64,000 bases of DNA, taken from Fluviicola sp. GTDB lineage: Bacteria; Bacteroidota; Bacteroidia; Flavobacteriales_D; Crocinitomicaceae. The notes under the pieces were generated by a model, which saw nothing but the letters and a program-made list of their open reading frames with translations, had not been told where the DNA came from and did not search any database. The translations under genes and the position numbers were made by a program. The stretch lies in contig JBMLQF010000196.1 in assembly GCA_049241705.1 (NCBI GenBank), positions 17,946 through 81,945 of the forward strand, read 5' to 3'. Positions within the stretch are counted from its first letter, which is position 1, and every line of letters begins with the position of its first letter. Shown piece after piece: positions 53,331-63,300 of this stretch.

Positions 53331-54584
53331 CTAATAAATGTATTTACAGGTCAATTCACAATTGTCATCTGTGTAGATCTTTAATATATAAATACCCTTC
53401 TTCAAATGATTAAGTGGTATGTTGTACTCGTATTGGCCGGAGTTGATATCAATATCATTCTTGGTAATGATCGCTTTGCCGGAAACATTATACAAAACAA
53501 ACTTGGCAACACTTTTTTTCTTGGCGGCTATATTCACATAGAGGTTATCTGCATCTGAATAGTTCGAAACTATGGTGTAATAGGTACTCGTTTGAATCGA
53601 TGGGGCAATGGATATTACTTTGGAATATCGAATTGCAAAATCTTTATCAACCATTTTCAACCGGTAGTAAGTTGTCTGATCTAAATGATTGTCGGTATAG
53701 GTGTAAGTGCAGTTTTGTGAGCCTGAACAATTTCCGGCTTGAGTAAATATTTTAGCAAAGTTTTTGTTGTCTAAAGATTTCTCGAGTTCGTAATGAGAAA
53801 AGTTCTTTTCGTTGGTCACTGACCAATTCAATTTAACATTCGATTTAACTTGTTCCGCGTTAAAATCTAATAGACTAACTCCTAATCCTGTGGGCGTGGT
53901 AATCCGAAGATCATCAATTGCTCCACTAGGATCCGTTCCTGAACCATTTCCATTGTTTCTCCAGTGGAAACCGATTCTAACATTCGGATTATTTTCAAAT
54001 GCAGCAGGAAGTGCAAGGGTGTATAAAGTCCACTGTCCTTGACTGTAACCGTTGCAGGCTCCACAACAAACACTCGTCAGACAATACTGCAATCCAACTG
54101 GCCAAGTAGCACCGTTATCTGAACTTAGTCTTAACTGTAGTCGGTCATCAGCACAGGCGGCACTTCCAAAGGCAATAAAATCAAATAATAAGGTAATATT
54201 TGTAAAACCAACTGTGCTTATTGTAGGAGAAACTGCCAACCTGTAGGTTGCATTTGCAGCGCCTGTTTCGTTAAAACTTGCTCCCATGTCTCCACCTGAA
54301 CCGGGGTCTGCTCCAACGTGCAAAGATGCATCACCAACACATGTAGATCCGCATCCCGGTGGGGTAATTCCTTCTTCAGCACAGCTAACAAACCAATTAT
54401 TCGGACTGCCTCCATTCGTGCCTCCTACATTGTTTTGAACCGTCCATCCATTGTATCCGTTTGCAAGGCAATTTGCAGAACACCCGTTGTTAAAATTGTC
54501 TGACCAAATAACCGTTTGACTTTCTCCAAAAAAGAAAATACAAAGAGCACTCAAGGTCAAAATAGGCTTAAGTTTTTGTTTCAT
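53331..54584 (-). CDS. Cys-rich T9SS type A cargo protein
   Basis: Signal peptide MKQKLK...GES|Q; about ten Cys in the N-domain; GVSLLDFNA...WSVTNEKN Ig-like domain; C-terminal LYNVSGK...KGIYILKI. Confidence 0.8.
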   Translation of the reverse strand: MKQKLKPILTLSALCIFFFGESQTVIWSDNFNNGCSANCLANGYNGWTVQNNVGGTNGGSPNNWFVSCAEEGITPPGCGSTCVGDASLHVGADPGSGGDMGASFNETGAANATYRLAVSPTISTVGFTNITLLFDFIAFGSAACADDRLQLRLSSDNGATWPVGLQYCLTSVCCGACNGYSQGQWTLYTLALPAAFENNPNVRIGFHWRNNGNGSGTDPSGAIDDLRITTPTGLGVSLLDFNAEQVKSNVKLNWSVTNEKNFSHYELEKSLDNKNFAKIFTQAGNCSGSQNCTYTYTDNHLDQTTYYRLKMVDKDFAIRYSKVISIAPSIQTSTYYTIVSNYSDADNLYVNIAAKKKSVAKFVLYNVSGKAIITKNDIDINSGQYEYNIPLNHLKKGIYILKIYTDDNCELTCKYIY

Positions 54585-55779
54585 GTGCAGCACGATTGAG
54601 CAGTATATCAATTAATAAATATATTGAAAATGAAATGATTAACACCGTTATAAGTAAAAATGTATTGATGCCTATCATTGGGGCACCAAAAAGTACGAAT
54701 CCTAACAACAGAAAAGCCCCATTTTGAATAGCTAGGAAAAAAGAATTTAAAATTTTAATGCGTCTAAAATGCAACGGTTCATCATTCAAAACGAACGAAC
54801 AAGCCCAAATTACTAGACTCATAAAAAATACGGGAAACCCGCATACCAAAGTACAGGTGAACAAGGCAACAAGAAAGATGCTAGGTCTTTGCTTTAAATT
54901 GGTTAGATTTTCATTCCAAAAAAGCATCAAAAGAATCACAAATCCAATAAAAGGGAAATGAAAAACGGTGGATGGATTTAAATTCCAATTGAGTGGGTAT
55001 TGAATTCTAGCTTGGAAACAGCCAATTATTACCAGCGTACTCCAGCCAATTACTTGCAAGACACCAAGCCAAGATGATTTGAATCTCCAGGGGCTTTTTG
55101 ATGTGAGTTTCCAATTGATCCAAACAAATAAAGGAAAGTTCAAGCAAATAAGAAAGTTGATCGTCGAAAGATCATCGGCCTGAAATTGCAGCGCGAATAA
55201 ACTGTTCAAGAGAATGATGATGTGAGGTACAAGTCCGGAGATAAACAGGAATGTATAAATAACTAAGGTTCCCAAAAATGCCCGGAATATGTTTCCTCGT
55301 TTGATCCGAATATAATTAAAGCTTGCAATGATCAGTAATACAATTTCGATGCGAATTCCGAGTGTTGCTCCTCGTGTTAAACTTGCTCCACCGATTGTGA
55401 AATAAGAGAATAATACATCCGAAAAAGAGTTAGCCGTTAGGTAATTCATTCGGGAGTGATGTCCCTGTGAAATGATTAGATCAATGATTGGTGCGGTTAA
55501 AGCAATTGAAAAAGAACAAACAACTGTGCGCATCACTTTGGTCATGTGCTCTGCGGAAAAATATTGCAACAACACGACGAACACTTGAACGATTAATGTG
55601 AACCACAAACCGATATGGACAGCATCTTCCCAACGAAAAAGACGTTGGTTCGAAAAAAATTCCAAAAACAAGCGAATTCCTAAAATAGCCAGGAATAAAA
55701 GAAAATAAGTGGAGTTGGGTGCTAAGTCTCGTTCCATTGTCGAAACCGCACGCATGAAAAAAGCATTGAATTTATTCAT
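54568..55779 (-). CDS. Multi-pass membrane protein with a degenerate UbiA-like C-terminal half
   Basis: More than ten TM segments; NDEPLHFRRIKIL resembles YSCEPFRFKRIPIL of the operon's UbiA; Asp-rich motifs absent. Confidence 0.6.
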   Translation of the reverse strand: MNKFNAFFMRAVSTMERDLAPNSTYFLLFLAILGIRLFLEFFSNQRLFRWEDAVHIGLWFTLIVQVFVVLLQYFSAEHMTKVMRTVVCSFSIALTAPIIDLIISQGHHSRMNYLTANSFSDVLFSYFTIGGASLTRGATLGIRIEIVLLIIASFNYIRIKRGNIFRAFLGTLVIYTFLFISGLVPHIIILLNSLFALQFQADDLSTINFLICLNFPLFVWINWKLTSKSPWRFKSSWLGVLQVIGWSTLVIIGCFQARIQYPLNWNLNPSTVFHFPFIGFVILLMLFWNENLTNLKQRPSIFLVALFTCTLVCGFPVFFMSLVIWACSFVLNDEPLHFRRIKILNSFFLAIQNGAFLLLGFVLFGAPMIGINTFLLITVLIISFSIYLLIDILLNRAAHETKT

Positions 55780-56603
55780 AACCGATGTATAATACCTGTA
55801 AGCTTCTTGTTAGCAAAAAAATCATTTGAAATCTGACGTGGGTTCACTTGTTTTGGAATGCAAATCGCAAAATTGGACGAATCAATTTGAAAATGTAAGC
55901 TGTCGTTTGCCCATGCTTTTATTTGGAAGGACCCAGGCACGGTACTTTCAAAAAAGTGCGTGGCAATAGCAAGCTGATTGTTCTTTTCGATAAAGAAATG
56001 AATGGTCTCCTGTTGTGGTGTGACCATCGTAACATGTAAAAAATCCGAGATCAATACCTGACTCAAAAAGCGATCACGATCCACCAAAAATGTATTAAAC
56101 AGTACTCCAGATATGCGATCATGTTGGTTTAATACATTTTCTTCTGTCCAATGTGATGGTACGGATTGACTGGTTCGCCTACAAGCAGGTCTTTTATTAA
56201 AACGATAATTATGAGTTGTTTGATCTTGCGTTTTGGTAGTCCATTTGTTATCGGAAAGTTTATAATAAAAAACGTTCATTTCAGGTTGTTGAATGTTGGG
56301 AACACGATATACTATGGGAAATGTCCGGCTATTTTGTTCAGGCAGTGAGTCGGCATAATAAACGTTCGAATTTCCCGAGTTAAAAGTCAAGATTTGCAGC
56401 AAACCATAGTTGTTTTGAATTTGATAATCGACTAGAACAGATTCATAAACGGTATCCTCCGTTAGGTAAGGCACAAAATTGGTGAGTTGAATGACCCCTT
56501 GGTTGGATTGAACTAATGGATGAGATTCCTTTTTAGAGAGTAAATTACAGGCAGAAATTGCACATAACATCACCAGTAAAGATATATAGAATCTAAAATT
56601 CAT
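55776..56603 (-). CDS. Hypothetical lipoprotein
   Basis: Start MNFRFY at 56603 (ATGA overlap with the upstream stop); lipobox ISAC; no recognised family. Confidence 0.7.
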   Translation of the reverse strand: MNFRFYISLLVMLCAISACNLLSKKESHPLVQSNQGVIQLTNFVPYLTEDTVYESVLVDYQIQNNYGLLQILTFNSGNSNVYYADSLPEQNSRTFPIVYRVPNIQQPEMNVFYYKLSDNKWTTKTQDQTTHNYRFNKRPACRRTSQSVPSHWTEENVLNQHDRISGVLFNTFLVDRDRFLSQVLISDFLHVTMVTPQQETIHFFIEKNNQLAIATHFFESTVPGSFQIKAWANDSLHFQIDSSNFAICIPKQVNPRQISNDFFANKKLTGIIHRL

Positions 56604-57580
56604 TCTTTCAAGAGTAAGGAGAAGGACTCGACAACCAGTGATGTACAAAGCAGGTACTCCAATTTCACATATTCAGGATTCTCTATCGGAAATCTTCCAC
56701 CATCCCAGCAGCCAGAATTTTTTTGTTTTCTGATTAAAAAATCACACGCCTTAATAATGATCGGGGTTAAGTTGGGATCTTGGCATTGAACTAAGGCATT
56801 TAACAGAAAGGCTGTTTCGAGCTCCGAACTGATTTTTGGTCTTGAATTTAAGCTGTCTTGAAAATTCCAAGATCCATCTTCTTGTTGATTCTCGATCACG
56901 AAAATTTTCATTTTTTCAAATAGTATACTGTCTTCGCGGCAGGCATTCAGTGCTTGCCAAATTGTATAAGCCGGTGTGCCATAATATTCCCAATTTGCTG
57001 TAAATCCTGAATCAGAAAATTGCGTGTGTAGAAATTGAATGGCTTTTTTGCGTCCATTTATAGGAATACCAGTGAGTGTTGAGGTGTTCAATAAAAATGC
57101 GGGAACACTGGGGTACGACCTGTCACCTTTGACATATGGGTTTAAAATATTCCATGACCCTGACACCAGTTGATCTTTTGTCAATAAGCCAAATCTTGTC
57201 CGGAGAGAATTTGTATCACCTTTTTGATTCAGCAATTGTAAATAGAGCGCACTTGTTTCCAAACAGACTCCTCCGCGACAGCGATTGTTGTGACAAATCA
57301 AACCGGATTCATTTTCCTCGGAACGCAACCAATTGAATGTTGGTTCTAGTCGCTCTCGATTCGAGTCGTTGACGGTAAGTAGAGCTTTTGCAACTATAAC
57401 TGTTTCCCAAGTGTTGAACAAATTATTGGTGGAATCAGCAAAGTAACCTTCGGGTTGCTGTGAATGCATCAAGAACAACTGTGCGCGGTCTATGGACTGA
57501 CCAATCTTTTTCGTGTCGATCGATTGGGCCTTCAACACGAAAGAAAGTCCTATAATTAGTGTAAGTAGCACATACTTCAT
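56600..57580 (-). CDS. Exported prenyltransferase/squalene-cyclase repeat (QW motif) alpha-alpha barrel protein
   Basis: Signal peptide LKA|Q; QQPEGYF, WETVIVAKAL, DQLVSGSW, NQQEDGSW, KQKNSGCW; no DxDD. Confidence 0.7.
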   Translation of the reverse strand: MKYVLLTLIIGLSFVLKAQSIDTKKIGQSIDRAQLFLMHSQQPEGYFADSTNNLFNTWETVIVAKALLTVNDSNRERLEPTFNWLRSEENESGLICHNNRCRGGVCLETSALYLQLLNQKGDTNSLRTRFGLLTKDQLVSGSWNILNPYVKGDRSYPSVPAFLLNTSTLTGIPINGRKKAIQFLHTQFSDSGFTANWEYYGTPAYTIWQALNACREDSILFEKMKIFVIENQQEDGSWNFQDSLNSRPKISSELETAFLLNALVQCQDPNLTPIIIKACDFLIRKQKNSGCWDGGRFPIENPEYVKLEYLLCTSLVVESFSLLLKE

Positions 57581-58515
57581 ATCTCGTGGCGCGTTGATGA
57601 AAGGAATTGCAAGGCTATCAAACCAACAAATAGGGTGTTGTGAAGTAGAAAGAGCATTTTGTCCTTTAGCTGCGTGTTGAGTAAAAAAACGATATGGATC
57701 AATCCCACGCTTCCGACCAATAATTGTAAGAATAACAGGTTGTAATACCAGATCAGTGAAGAGTACAACAAGATCAAAACAACCGAAAGAAACAAGCGTG
57801 TTCGGTGAGTTCCAAAAATAACCGGAAGCGTTTTTATTCCTGCAATCCGGTCACCTTCTACATCTTTGATGTCAATGACATTCGCACTCAATGAAATGCC
57901 AACCAGTATGAAGATGATCCAAAAAATGGGAAATCCTTCCCATTCACCGCCAGCTGCGATAAATCCTCCCATGCAGATGATAAGGTGATTCATGCCTATC
58001 AGCAGTTTTGCAAGTATTGGAATGCGTTTGAAACGAAAGGGTTCACAGGAATAGATGTAATAAATGATGGTTAATCCCAATAATATCAAGAAGTACGTTA
58101 GTCCCAACAGGAAACCTGTCGTCAAACTGATTATTAAGAATAATATCCCAAACTGGAGATAGGATTTAGATGACATGCCGCCACGGATAGTTGGCCTTTC
58201 GCGGTTTGATATCTGATCAATTTCTACATCGGCTAAATTGTTTGTGACAATTGCAAATAGCGCAGAAAAGTATAGCCCAATGAAAAACATTATCTCATTG
58301 ATAAGATTGGAACCCAAATGTTCTGAAAATGCCTTACATTGGGGGATCATCAGCGAAATCCCAAACAAATAAATCAAGAAATAATGGATGACTCGTGTGA
58401 TTCTTGAGTCTTTAAGAATAGCAAGAACGGTTATTTTGTCGCGCAGAAACAGCACAATGATTCCCAAGAGAGGGATTAAAAACAGATATGCATTTTCAAC
58501 ACGAAACATCTTCAA
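57577..58515 (-). CDS. UbiA-family prenyltransferase
   Basis: NNLADVEID...RP (58216-58242), YSCEPFRFKR, DIKDVEGD...GIKTLP (57850-57873). Start TTG 58515 or ATG 58509. Confidence 0.88.
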   Translation of the reverse strand: MKMFRVENAYLFLIPLLGIIVLFLRDKITVLAILKDSRITRVIHYFLIYLFGISLMIPQCKAFSEHLGSNLINEIMFFIGLYFSALFAIVTNNLADVEIDQISNRERPTIRGGMSSKSYLQFGILFLIISLTTGFLLGLTYFLILLGLTIIYYIYSCEPFRFKRIPILAKLLIGMNHLIICMGGFIAAGGEWEGFPIFWIIFILVGISLSANVIDIKDVEGDRIAGIKTLPVIFGTHRTRLFLSVVLILLYSSLIWYYNLLFLQLLVGSVGLIHIVFLLNTQLKDKMLFLLHNTLFVGLIALQFLSSTRHEI

Positions 58516-58634
58516 AATTTGTGAATTACTCGCACTGCAATTTAGCGGTTTATTTTTAATTCAGTTCTTATGCTTGGAAAAACCTTGTTTCCGTTCAATT
58601 TAAGACTAAATGTTTGAGAAACATCCGGTTAAAT

Positions 58635-59507
58635 TTATTTCCTATTGATCAACCAAACTGCTAGAATTCCGATCAAACCACCCACGATCGTAGGCCATTC
58701 GATGCGTTCTCCCAAAATAAGAAAGGAAGATAGCGCAGCACTAAATGGAACCGTGAAGATGAAGCTACTAGCCTTTTCTGCGCCAATTTTCGCTGTAGCG
58801 TAAAAATAAACGGTAGTTGCCAAGGTGGTGGTTATGATACTGGCAAACAACAAGTTGCCCCAGAAGAGCGATTCCGTTGAGGCTGTCAAAGTTACAATTT
58901 CAGAAAAATCGGCAAATGGTAGGATACTGCAAAGAGTGATGACATACATCCACCAGGTAAAGGCAAATGGAGACCCATATTTTGAGGAACCAGCGGTGAA
59001 CTTGCTCATGACAGCCCAAATAAGCGCACTTAATAAAAAGAAGATATTTCCTGCATCCAGAAAAACAGAACTGTTCTCCCAAACCCTCAGTAAAATAAGT
59101 CCTGCAAGCACTCCGCAAGCTAAGCCAATGAATTCAAATTTCCCGGGCTTCTTCCAATCGATCAACATGCCCAATGCATAGGCAATGATCGGGTTTAATG
59201 TTGTTACTAAAATTCCACCGGCCCCAGGTGATCCCTCATGCAATCCTTGTAAGAAAGTGAAGTTGTAGACCGCCATCAGCATTCCGGCTGCAAGAATGAA
59301 TAAGATTCCCTCTCTTTTGATCCGTAAAGGAATTTTGAGAATGAACAATAGAAGCAACAAACTTAGAATTACAAATACATAACGAAAAACTCCAAGTGCC
59401 GTGGGGCTTCCAAAATGGGTGAGTACACCATTTGAAGGCCAGGAAATTCCCCAAACGATCATGCTCAAGATCATGGCCCATGTTAACTGCTTCTTTTCTT
59501 TGCTCAT
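58635..59507 (-). CDS. DMT/EamA-family transporter
   Basis: Ten TM segments in two EamA repeats (VWGISWP, LNPIIAY, KIGAEKASSF, LGERI). TACTTTTG promoter at 59514-59521 supports ATG 59507. Confidence 0.88.
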   Translation of the reverse strand: MSKEKKQLTWAMILSMIVWGISWPSNGVLTHFGSPTALGVFRYVFVILSLLLLLFILKIPLRIKREGILFILAAGMLMAVYNFTFLQGLHEGSPGAGGILVTTLNPIIAYALGMLIDWKKPGKFEFIGLACGVLAGLILLRVWENSSVFLDAGNIFFLLSALIWAVMSKFTAGSSKYGSPFAFTWWMYVITLCSILPFADFSEIVTLTASTESLFWGNLLFASIITTTLATTVYFYATAKIGAEKASSFIFTVPFSAALSSFLILGERIEWPTIVGGLIGILAVWLINRK

Positions 59508-59594
59508 CTCTTGCAAAAGTACCAAAAGGCTTGAACGAATGATAATATTTGCCAAAATCGCTCGTGAGGTGAAAAAAGTGTGTAACTTCGAGAT

Positions 59595-59903
59595 ATGGAA
59601 AACAATGAGAATCACATCAACATCGAGTTATCTGAGGAGTTAGCGGAAGGAGTTTATTCGAACTTGGCGGTAATTACACATTCTCAGGCTGAGTTTGTTA
59701 CGGATTTCATTCAAATGATGCCGGGGATGCCGAAAGCTAAAGTACGCTCGCGCGTGATCATGTCGCCACAAAATGCAAAACGATTGATGAAAGCATTGGC
59801 AGAAAATATTCACCGTTACGAACAGCAAAACGGAACTATCGTTGACTCTGATTCTGGAAGTTTTCCTCCGATGAATTTTGGTGGACCAATGAGCCAAGCA
59901 TAA
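59595..59903 (+). CDS. DUF3467-like protein
   Basis: INIELSEELAEGVYSNLAVITHSQAEFVTDF...AKVRSRVIMSPQNAKRL. Confidence 0.85.
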   Translation: MENNENHINIELSEELAEGVYSNLAVITHSQAEFVTDFIQMMPGMPKAKVRSRVIMSPQNAKRLMKALAENIHRYEQQNGTIVDSDSGSFPPMNFGGPMSQA

Positions 59904-60295
59904 TGAAACAACTAACCTTCATATTTTTAGCAGTATGGATCTTTATTGGGTCCATGGCTCCGAATATGCAAGGAATTCAATTGGTGAAGTTGCCAAATCT
60001 TTTAGGTCACGTCGAAGAACATTTCGGAACAGACTGGACAGTTTCAGAGTTGAAATCCTTCGTCTTTGAGCATTATCTTTCCAAAGATCTTCCGGCTGAT
60101 TCCAAACATCAAAACCTACCATTCAAAACACAACAAATCTCCGTTTCCTTGATGATCCACCCAATCCACCCGGATTTGGCCATTCAAACGGAAGAAACCA
60201 TTGCAGACTTTAGCCGCTCGAAACCGGTAATTCGTGAGGAACAATCCTTGCTTACAAGACCTGCATCTATTTGGATTCCACCTCAATTGGTGTAA
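59903..60295 (+). CDS. Small His-containing exported/membrane protein upstream of czcA (candidate regulatory uORF)
   Basis: N-terminal hydrophobic segment, HVEEH, EHY, HQNLPFK, C-terminal SIWIPPQLV. Confidence 0.7.
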   Translation: MKQLTFIFLAVWIFIGSMAPNMQGIQLVKLPNLLGHVEEHFGTDWTVSELKSFVFEHYLSKDLPADSKHQNLPFKTQQISVSLMIHPIHPDLAIQTEETIADFSRSKPVIREEQSLLTRPASIWIPPQLV

Positions 60296-60377
60296 GCGCT
60301 TCTCAGTGAAGCAACGGCTTCGGCCTATTCACAGGATTTTCCTGTATCCGTGATTTATACCATTAATTTCAAATTTC

Positions 60378-63300
60378 ATGTTGAATCGAATTATTTCGTT
60401 CTCCATTGCCAATAAGTTAATCGTTGGTATTGGAGTACTGGGACTCATAGTCTGGGGTGTAGTTTCTTACCAGAAGCTACCGGTAGATGCAGTTCCAGAT
60501 ATCACAAACAATCAAGTACAAGTGATCACTACAGCTCCTTCTTCAGGAGCCGAAGATATTGAGCGCTTGGTAACTTATCCCATCGAGCAAACGATGGCAA
60601 CTATACCCGGTATCGAAGAAATTCGTTCGTTCTCTCGTTTTGGGCTTTCAGTTGTTACCATTGTTTTTTCAGATGAAACAGATGTGTACTGGGCACGCGA
60701 TCAAGTGAATCAGCGTTTGGTAGAGGCCAAAAACGTAATTCCGCCAGGAATTGGTGAACCAACCATGGCACCTGTTTCTACTGGGTTGGGCGAGATCTTT
60801 CAGTACATTATAAAACCGAAAAAAGGTTATGAAAAAACCTATGATGCTACCGAATTGCGTACCATTCAAGATTGGATCGTTCGTCGTCAATTGCTTGGTA
60901 CACCGGGTGTAGCAGATGTCTCCGGATTTGGAGGTAAACTTAAACAATATGAGGTAGCTGTGCGCACCGCCGATTTACAGCGCTTTAATATCCACCTGCA
61001 AGACCTATTCGATGCGCTCGAAAAAAACAACAGCAATACAGGTGGTTCCTATCTTACCAGATCAGGTACAACTTTTTATATCCGTTCCGAAGGATTGACG
61101 CGCACGATAGCAGACATCGAAGCAATTCCTTTAGTAACTCGTGATCAATACCCTGTGCTTGTTAAAGATGTGGCTACTGTGAAAATTGGTTCGGCTATTC
61201 GTTATGGAGCACTTACCAATGCAGACCAAGGGGAGGCAGTTGGAGGAATTGTGTTGATGTTGAAAGACGCTAATGCTTCCAGTGTTATTGTAGATGTCAA
61301 AGAGCGCATGGCTCAAATTGAAAACACATTGCCAGAGGGAGTTGAGATCGAAGTTTATCTTGATCGCACTAAACTTGTTGATCGTGCCATCAATACGGTT
61401 TCAACAAACTTGATCGAAGGTGCACTGATCGTTATTTTCATCCTGGTCTTGCTTTTGGGTAACATCCGCGCGGGATTGATAGTTGCTTCTGTGATTCCGC
61501 TCTCTATGTTGTTTGCAATCTCATTGATGAATGTCTTTGGCGTGTCCGGAAACTTGATGTCATTAGGTGCAATAGACTTTGGATTGATCGTGGATGGAGC
61601 GGTGATCATTGTAGAAGCAACGTTACATCACTTAGTGGCCAGAAGGAATAAAAATGTCCTGACTCAAAAGGAATTGGATCAAGATGTAGAACGTTCTGCC
61701 AAAGGAATTATGAAAAGTGCGGCCTTCGGTGAGATCATCATTTTGATTGTTTATCTACCCTTATTGACCCTAGTAGGTATTGAAGGTAAAATGTTTGCTC
61801 CAATGGCACAAACAGTCATCTTTGCGATTATCGGAGCCTTTATCTTGTCCTTGACCTATGTTCCGATGATCTCCTCTTTGGTTCTCAGTAAAAAGCCGCT
61901 GAAAGAGGATACGTTTTCCGATAAACTGGTTCATGCCATCCAACGAATTTACAAGCCATTTTTCTTGCGTATGATCCGCATGCAAAAAATAGTGATCATC
62001 TCTGTTGTAGGGCTGTTTGTTTTGGCGATTTGGTTGTTTGGACAATTGGGAGCAGAGTTTATCCCGTCACTAGACGAAGGTGATTTTGCGGTAGAGATGC
62101 GTGCACCTACGGGAACATCTTTGGAAGATACCCGGGATATATCCTTGCGCGCTGCAGTTTGTTTGAAAAAGAACTTCCCAGATGAAGTTATTACCTGTGT
62201 AGGAAAGATTGGTACAGCAGAAATTCCTACAGATCCAATGCCCATGGAAGCTTGTGACTTGATGATCATTCTCAAGGATAAACATGAGTGGAAAAAGGCC
62301 GACAATCGGGATGACCTGGCAGCTCTCATGCAGAAAAAGCTGGAAGAAGAGGTTTTGGGAGCTTCATTTGGTTTTCAACAACCGATTCAAATGCGCTTCA
62401 ATGAAATGATGGCTGGTGCCAAGCAGGATGTTGTAGTTAAGATCTATGGAGAAGACTTAAATGAATTGATGCGTTATGCCCGTCAAGTTGGGGCAATTGC
62501 TCAAACAATTCAAGGTGCTGCGGATATATATGTAGAAGAAGTAACCGGATTGCCTCAAATCGTGATTCGTTACAACAGACAAGCTATGGCACAATACGGG
62601 GTTAGCGTTGAAGATGTCAATCGCGCCGTGAACATGGGCTTTGCTGGTTCTTCCGCCGGTCAAGTTTACGAAGGTGAAAAACGTTTTGATCTGGTTGTTC
62701 GCTTAGATGCTACAAGTAGACAAACGATGGAAGACATCCATTCCCTGACCATTTTAAATAAGGAAGGACAATCCATCCCAATTGGAGTTTTGGCCAAGGT
62801 GACTGAGGAAAATGGTCCTAATCAAATTCAGCGAGATGATGCGAAACGCAGAATTATTGTTGCATTCAATGTGCGGGGTAGAGATGTTGAAAGCATCGTA
62901 AAAGAATTGCAAGCAAAAGTTGGTGCTCAGGTGAAATTTGGAACCGGATATTACGCCACTTATGGGGGTAGTTACAAGAACTTGGAAAAAGCAAAAGAGC
63001 GTTTAGCAATAGCAGTGCCTTTGGCCCTTTTCCTAATCATTTTCTTGTTGTTCATCACCTTCCAGGATATCAAACAGGCCATTTTGATCTTCACGGCAAT
63101 TCCGTTGGCTGCCATTGGTGGCGTATTTGCTTTATGGCTTCGCGATATGCCTTTCTCCATTTCAGCAGGTGTTGGCTTCATCGCCTTATTTGGTGTAGCC
63201 GTGTTGAACGGAATTGTGTTAGTGGCAGCCTTCAATGAATTGCGCAAGCGTTATCCGCTTTCGATCTACCGCGTCATCATTCTGGGCACAAAACAACGTT

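Noticed and set aside
56600-58515. Standard hopanoid or menaquinone biosynthesis cluster
   Set aside because: The cyclase-like protein is only 326 aa, carries a signal peptide and lacks DxDD; no hpn or men genes are adjacent.
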